A DNA stretch of 64,000 nucleotides, from contig CAWHTE010000001.1 in the NCBI GenBank assembly GCA_963832165.1, positions 704,001 through 768,000 of the forward strand, given 5' to 3'. The translations under genes and the position numbers were made by a program. How positions within the stretch are numbered: the stretch's first letter is position 1; every line of letters starts with the position of its first letter. The stretch is from an uncultured delta proteobacterium (GTDB lineage Bacteria; Myxococcota_A; UBA9160; SMWR01). Under the pieces are notes generated by a model, which worked only from the letters and a program-made list of their open reading frames with translations, did no database searches and was not told the DNA's origin. Shown here piece by piece: positions 59,141 to 64,000 of this stretch.

Positions 59141-59961
59141 TCGTACGGGCGGTCTCGCGGGCTCTGCCGTTCGCCCTCGTTGCATGGGTGTGCGGCTGCG
59201 CCTGGACCAACCGCGACAACCGGCCGGTGTGGAACGCCTTCGAGGAACACCTCGTGCCGGAGGGCGACGCGGCCTTCTATGCCTCGTTGCCGCTGACGGT
59301 GCCCGCCGGCTTCGGTGCCATCGTTACCGACACCTTCGTGGTGCACCCGGTGCAGGTGATGGACGACGCCTGGTGCGATGCGGCAGACCTGTGGGACGAC
59401 CTCGACTGGCAGACGCAGTACTACACAGAGCTGGCGATTCTGCCGTTTCGCGGGGTGGCGACGCCGCTCGTGCTGGGAGGCTCGTTCCTCGCGCGCAGCG
59501 CCTTCGACATCGCGCCGTACGGCCGCAATGCGAGTGCGCGAGAGTTGCCGAAGCGGGCAGCACCCGCGGAGCCGTCTCTCGAGGAGAGGCAACTGGAAGC
59601 CCGCGCGCTGCTCGTCCGGGTGAGCGCGCGCGAAGATCATCGGCTGTTGATCAACACGTTGCGGCAACTGGAATGGCCTCCCTGGAGCCCGTCGCTGGAT
59701 CAGGCCTGGGAGCAGGCGATCACTCGGGGCAGCGCCGAGATGAGGCGTGAGCTGTTCGACATCGCGCGACGACACGAGCTCCCGCCGTGGCGCGCCGACC
59801 CGGTGCGCGGGCTGCGCGATTCGAGCGCGGTCGTGCGCTACCAGGAGCTGCGGGAGCTCCCGGCGGAAGTAACAGTGCCCCCCGATCTCTCCGCAGCGTT
59901 GCTGCGCGATCCGGAGGAGGCCGTGCGCGATCGCGCGCGCACGCGCTGGCCCGAGAACTGA
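59137..59961 (+). CDS. Hypothetical lipoprotein with C-terminal HEAT-like repeats
   Basis: Lipobox-like VCG-C; same VVHP..DDAW.D domain; LRDSSAVVR and LRDPEEAVR repeats. Confidence 0.7.
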   Translation: MIVRAVSRALPFALVAWVCGCAWTNRDNRPVWNAFEEHLVPEGDAAFYASLPLTVPAGFGAIVTDTFVVHPVQVMDDAWCDAADLWDDLDWQTQYYTELAILPFRGVATPLVLGGSFLARSAFDIAPYGRNASARELPKRAAPAEPSLEERQLEARALLVRVSAREDHRLLINTLRQLEWPPWSPSLDQAWEQAITRGSAEMRRELFDIARRHELPPWRADPVRGLRDSSAVVRYQELRELPAEVTVPPDLSAALLRDPEEAVRDRARTRWPEN

Positions 59962-59980
59962 GCTGCGGCGCGATCGCCGG

Positions 59981-60601
59981 CTACCGCCACGCGAACACGG
60001 GCTGCTCGTAGTGCGCGACGCGCGTCGCGTCGCCGCGCATCGCGACCTCGCGCAGCTGGAACAGGATCGCCGCGGTCGGCGCGTGGATGTGCGTGCCGAG
60101 CAGCGGGATCGAGATCACGGGCCGGTCGCTCTCGGGGATCTGGCGCAGACGCGGGACGTCGGGCCGCTCGAGCTCGGCGAGCGGAACGCGGTAGGCGATC
60201 GCCACCTCGTCGGGATTCGGCGCGAGCGCGGCGTCGGCGCCTGCCCACACCACGACCGGCGTGATGCAGTAGCCCGAGCGCGTCGGATAGTCGTCGAGCA
60301 GACCGAGCACCGCCTCGGGGTCGAGCGCGAGTCCGACCTCCTCGCGCAGCTCGCGCAGCGCCGCGACGGCGGGCGTCTCGCCGGGGTCGATCCGACCGCC
60401 CGGCAGCGCCCACTGCCCCTGGTGCGCCTTGAGCTTCGCGGCGCGGCGCGTGAGCACGAAGCTCGGGGCGCCCTCGTCGCCCGGCAAGAGCGCGAGCGCG
60501 ACCGCCGCCGCGCGCAGGCCATCGCGCGCGTGGGTGTGGCGCTCGAAGCGCGCGAGATGGGTGCGCACGCGATCTCGTAGCAGGGGGTCGTAGGAGTGCA
60601 C
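59981..60601 (-). CDS. Nudix hydrolase, CoA pyrophosphatase type
   Basis: HQGQWALPGG...ETP..AALRELREEVGL, NPDEV. Confidence 0.9.
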   Translation of the reverse strand: MHSYDPLLRDRVRTHLARFERHTHARDGLRAAAVALALLPGDEGAPSFVLTRRAAKLKAHQGQWALPGGRIDPGETPAVAALRELREEVGLALDPEAVLGLLDDYPTRSGYCITPVVVWAGADAALAPNPDEVAIAYRVPLAELERPDVPRLRQIPESDRPVISIPLLGTHIHAPTAAILFQLREVAMRGDATRVAHYEQPVFAWR

Positions 60602-60651
60602 GCGGCGCAGGATAGCTTCCGTTAGAGAAGGGGAGTGGCGGCTGAACGCGC

Positions 60652-61566
60652 GTGCCGCAAGACTCGCTTCCCGTGCTCGAAGACGTCACCCGCCGACGGC
60701 TCGCGTTCCCCGAACGCGGCGTGGAGATCGCGCTGCTCGACTGGGGCGGATCCGGTCCGCTCGCGCTGCTCCACCACGCGAACGGTTTCTGCGCGGCGAC
60801 GCTCGATCTCGTCGCGCGGCCGTTGCGCTCGCACTTCCGCGTGATCGGCATGGACGCGCGCGGCCACGGCGACTCGTCGCGCCCCGTCGGCGAGAGCGCC
60901 TACGCGTGGCGCGAGTTCGGCGCCGACCTCGCCGCGGTGGCGCGCGTGCTCGCCGCGGAAGACGGCGGCCGCATTGCTCTCGGGCTCGGCCACTCGTTCG
61001 GCGGCACGTCGATGCTGCTCGCGGCCGCCGAAGAGCCCGCGCTGTTCGAGCGGCTCGTGCTGATCGACCCGGTACTGCACGCGCCGCAGGCAGCGAAGAG
61101 CTGGGACCCGGAGCGACTCGCGCGCGCGGGCTCGCTCGTCGAGCGTGCGTCGCGCCGGCGTTCGGTATTCCCCGACCGCGCCGCGGCGCGCGAGAACTGG
61201 CGCGACAAGGAGCTCTTCGCGGACTGGGACCCGCGCGCATTCGATCTCTACCTCGCGGAGGGGATGGCCGACCGCCCCGACGGCCAGGTCGAGCTCAAGT
61301 GCTCGCCCGAGACTGAATCGGCGGTGTACGCCGCGGGTCCGACCACCGACGTGTGGGAGCGCATCGAGAAGATCGCGGTGCCGACGCTCATGATCTGGGC
61401 GGAGCACGGAGACTTCCCGCGCAGTGTGTTCGCCAGCTATGCGGCGCGCATGGAGAACGCGCAGATCCAGGAGATCGACGCGGGCCATCTCGTACCGATG
61501 GAGCGCCCAGAGATCGTCGTCGACGCGATCCTTGCGTTCACGGGGCGTCAGACTTCGACGGGGTAG
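60652..61566 (+). CDS. Alpha/beta hydrolase
   Basis: HANGF, DARGHGDS, GHSFGG, AGHLVPME. Confidence 0.9.
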   Translation: MPQDSLPVLEDVTRRRLAFPERGVEIALLDWGGSGPLALLHHANGFCAATLDLVARPLRSHFRVIGMDARGHGDSSRPVGESAYAWREFGADLAAVARVLAAEDGGRIALGLGHSFGGTSMLLAAAEEPALFERLVLIDPVLHAPQAAKSWDPERLARAGSLVERASRRRSVFPDRAAARENWRDKELFADWDPRAFDLYLAEGMADRPDGQVELKCSPETESAVYAAGPTTDVWERIEKIAVPTLMIWAEHGDFPRSVFASYAARMENAQIQEIDAGHLVPMERPEIVVDAILAFTGRQTSTG

Positions 61567-61952
61567 CCGCGCTCGGTCCAGCCGGTCCAGCCCTCCGCCA
61601 TCGAGACCACGTTCGTGAAGCCCATCTGCACGAGCGTCGAGGTCGCGAGCGCGCTGCGATGTCCGCCGCCGCAGTAGAGCACCATCTTTCGCGCGCGATC
61701 CTCGAACCACGGGTCGCGCTTGTAGTGCTCGAGGTCGGCGCGCACCTCGAGGAAGCCGCGCGGCGAGCTGCGCGCGCCGGGCAGGTGGCCCGCCGCGAAC
61801 TCGTCGGGCTCGCGCACGTCGACGAAGTGCCAGCCCTCGCGCCCGGGCGCCCGGAGCCGGCGCAGCGCCTCCTCGGGCGCGATCACCTCGATGTGGCTCA
61901 GCGCCTCGCCGACGAAGTCGGCCAGCGCACGCGGGGGCTTCGCATCCGTCAC
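61548..61952 (-). CDS. Rhodanese-like protein
   Basis: VDVREPDEF..GHLPGA, YCGGGHRS. Confidence 0.9.
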   Translation of the reverse strand: MTDAKPPRALADFVGEALSHIEVIAPEEALRRLRAPGREGWHFVDVREPDEFAAGHLPGARSSPRGFLEVRADLEHYKRDPWFEDRARKMVLYCGGGHRSALATSTLVQMGFTNVVSMAEGWTGWTERGYPVEV

Positions 61953-62020
61953 GTTCGGAAGCTTACCCGTCGCAAAGCGCTCCGACTCGGAGGTAGGATG
62001 GCGCCCGGAGGCCCGAAACC

Positions 62021-62419
62021 GTGATCCAGATCGGCGACTCCGCGGAGGCGAGCATCACCGTAGAGCACAGCGACACCGCCGCGGTGATCGCGATCGCGCC
62101 GGAGGACTCGTTCCCGGCGGTGTTCTCGACGTCGCGCATGATCGCGCTCATGGAGCTCGCTGCGGCGCGCGCGCTGCGGCCGATGCTCCAGCCCGAGCAG
62201 CTCTCGGTGGGTGTGTCGCTCGCGGTGGAGCACCGCGCGGCGACGCCTGTCGGCGGCCATGTGCGCGCTGTGGCCACCTATCTGCGGCCCGAGGGAAAGC
62301 TCTTCCGCTTCAAGGTGGAGGCGTTCGACGACGCGGGCCCGATCGGCGACGGCGAGCACGTGCGCGCGATCGTCGCGACCGAGCGCCTGATGGCGGGCGC
62401 GGCGAAGCGAAAGCCCTGA
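62021..62419 (+). CDS. Hot-dog thioesterase (FlK-like)
   Basis: VFSTSRMIALMELAA, SVG...HRAATPVG, GEHVRAIV. Confidence 0.88.
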   Translation: MIQIGDSAEASITVEHSDTAAVIAIAPEDSFPAVFSTSRMIALMELAAARALRPMLQPEQLSVGVSLAVEHRAATPVGGHVRAVATYLRPEGKLFRFKVEAFDDAGPIGDGEHVRAIVATERLMAGAAKRKP

Positions 62420-62442
62420 TTCGGAATCCATAGGAGAATCCC

Positions 62443-62946
62443 ATGGCATTGTCTGCGGCGCACCAGCGCTTCCTGATCATCGAGCAAGGCGCGGTTCCCA
62501 CCGTGTTCAACTTCGCGCTCAACGGCGCGATCGCGTGGGCGCTCTTCCGGTCGGCGGCCGATGTGCCGCTCTGGGGCGAGTCGAGCCTCGGCGTCGATCT
62601 GATCGCGACGGGCTTTCTGCTGCCGTTCCTGACCTGCCTGATCGTGTCCGCGATCGTCGCGCGACACGTGCGCGATGGAAAGGTTCCGCCGCTGCGCGGG
62701 GACCAGCTGCCGAACACGCGCTGGTTCGAGCGCACGACCCTGCAGCGCGGGCTCGCGCTCGGCGCCGCCGGAGTCGTGTTCGCGGCGCTGCCGCTGGTCT
62801 GGGCGCTTCACCTCGCGCAGGCGCAGCCGCTCGCGGTGTACTCGTTCGTCACCTTCAAGGCAGTGTGGGCGGCGATGCTCGCACTGCTCGTGACGCCCGT
62901 GATCGGCTGGTGGGCCCTCGCGAACGCTTCGCGCGCGTCGGCCTGA
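62443..62946 (+). CDS. Hypothetical four-TM membrane protein
   Basis: AGGAG RBS; four hydrophobic segments. Confidence 0.75.
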   Translation: MALSAAHQRFLIIEQGAVPTVFNFALNGAIAWALFRSAADVPLWGESSLGVDLIATGFLLPFLTCLIVSAIVARHVRDGKVPPLRGDQLPNTRWFERTTLQRGLALGAAGVVFAALPLVWALHLAQAQPLAVYSFVTFKAVWAAMLALLVTPVIGWWALANASRASA

Positions 62947-62952
62947 TCCGCC

Positions 62953-63570
62953 CTACGAGTCGGCCTTGTCCTTGGCCCGCTGATACGCGTCGCGCGCCAT
63001 CATGCGCTCGAGATAGGGCACGAGGTGTTTCGTGTTCGCGAGGTGGTTGCGGCCGCTCGCGAACTCGAGCGCATACGCGAGCATCACGTCGGCGGCGCTG
63101 AACGAGTCGCCCGCCGCGAATGCGCGCCCCTCCATGTCGGAATCGATCCACTGGAGATAGCGCGAGAGCTCCTGGGTGAGCATCGGGCCGAGCGGGCCCG
63201 GGTCGACTCCGGGCACGATGCCCGACGTGAGCAGCAGATCCATCGTGAGCCAGGGCATCAGCGAGCCCTCGGCAAAATGGAGCCAGAACACGTACCGCGC
63301 CCAGGCCGGGTCGCTGTGGCTCGGAGCGAGGCGGCCGCGGCCGTGCCGTGTCACGAGGTAGTCGACGATCGCTCCCGACTCCGCGATCACGAGCTCGCCG
63401 TCGCGCATGATGGGGGACTTCCCGAGCTCGTGGATCTCGCGCATCTCGGGCGGAGCGCGGAACGTCGGATCGCGGTCGTAGCTGATGACCTGGTACTCGA
63501 CGCCGAGCTCCTCGAGCAGCCAGATGATCCGTTCGGAGCGCGAGTTCCGCAGGTGATAGACCGTGAGCAA
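62953..63570 (-). CDS. Glutathione S-transferase
   Basis: SRSERIIWLLEELG, LGKSP, AESGAI, FSAADV. Confidence 0.92.
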   Translation of the reverse strand: MLTVYHLRNSRSERIIWLLEELGVEYQVISYDRDPTFRAPPEMREIHELGKSPIMRDGELVIAESGAIVDYLVTRHGRGRLAPSHSDPAWARYVFWLHFAEGSLMPWLTMDLLLTSGIVPGVDPGPLGPMLTQELSRYLQWIDSDMEGRAFAAGDSFSAADVMLAYALEFASGRNHLANTKHLVPYLERMMARDAYQRAKDKADS

Positions 63571-63598
63571 GAACAGCCTCCGGAGGAGCGGCCGGATT

Positions 63599-64000
63599 CT
63601 ACCCGTCCAAGAGGATCACGCTGCGCCCAATCGTCTCGCGCCGGATCACTGCGTCGAAAGCAGTGGGCAGATCTGCAAAGGGGGCGCGCTGGCCGATCAC
63701 GGGCCGGATCGCGCCGCGCCGCAAGAGCCCTAACACCTGTTCGTGGATGCGCGCGCCGTCCTCGTGCGAGGGGAAGTTCCAGCCGCTCTGGCGGCGGACC
63801 GCGAGCGGGTCGTCCAGGTACGTCCAGCACACGCCGACGAGCGCGAAGTTGCCAAACAAGAGCGGGCGCGGTGTAAAGGTTGCTTCGTCCTCGGCTTCGA
63901 TCCCGGAGGCGAAGCCCAGCGAGAGCAGCCGGCCGCCGAACGCCATGCAGCGGAACGATTGGATCGTCACGTCGCCGCCGACCGAGTCGAACACGACGTC
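63599..64000 (-). CDS. Zn-independent MDR / NADPH:quinone oxidoreductase, C-terminal part (runs off window)
   Basis: VVFDSVGG, GGRLLSLGFASG, IRPVIG. Confidence 0.8.
   Translation of the reverse strand, partial: DVVFDSVGGDVTIQSFRCMAFGGRLLSLGFASGIEAEDEATFTPRPLLFGNFALVGVCWTYLDDPLAVRRQSGWNFPSHEDGARIHEQVLGLLRRGAIRPVIGQRAPFADLPTAFDAVIRRETIGRSVILLDG

Overview
A gene-dense, very GC-rich chromosomal window from a diderm bacterium, as shown by a TonB-type beta-barrel, PEP-CTERM proteins and a LolA-like protein. The many actinobacteria-like lipid/steroid genes suggest a Myxococcota/Binatia-like lineage (inference only). There are about 65 CDSs and no rRNA, tRNA, CRISPR array or transposase. Main loci: (i) a bufferin-type RiPP cluster (six-Cys precursor, DUF692/MNIO, DUF2063 partner); (ii) a candidate cyclic-nucleotide signalling module made of a FecR-TPR-beta-barrel receptor, a Cys-rich secreted protein, a CHASE2 class III cyclase with guanylyl-type (Glu/Gly) specificity residues and a divergent glutaminase-STAS-cNMP gene; (iii) an in-frame UGA (UxxC) peroxiredoxin-like selenoprotein with a SECIS-like hairpin; (iv) a dispersed ~44-bp repeat built from GNA-triloop hairpins, two copies of which lie in frame inside protein-coding genes; (v) three PEP-CTERM genes, two with clear sigma54 promoters; (vi) a KaiC-like ATPase plus hybrid kinase; (vii) a TetR-CYP123-CYP51-NTF2-CMD cluster resembling the mycobacterial cyp51 locus; (viii) a DapF-like protein with Ser at both catalytic Cys positions. 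Five apparent +1 frameshifts in three genes look like sequencing insertions. All product calls come from motif recognition by eye, not database searches.
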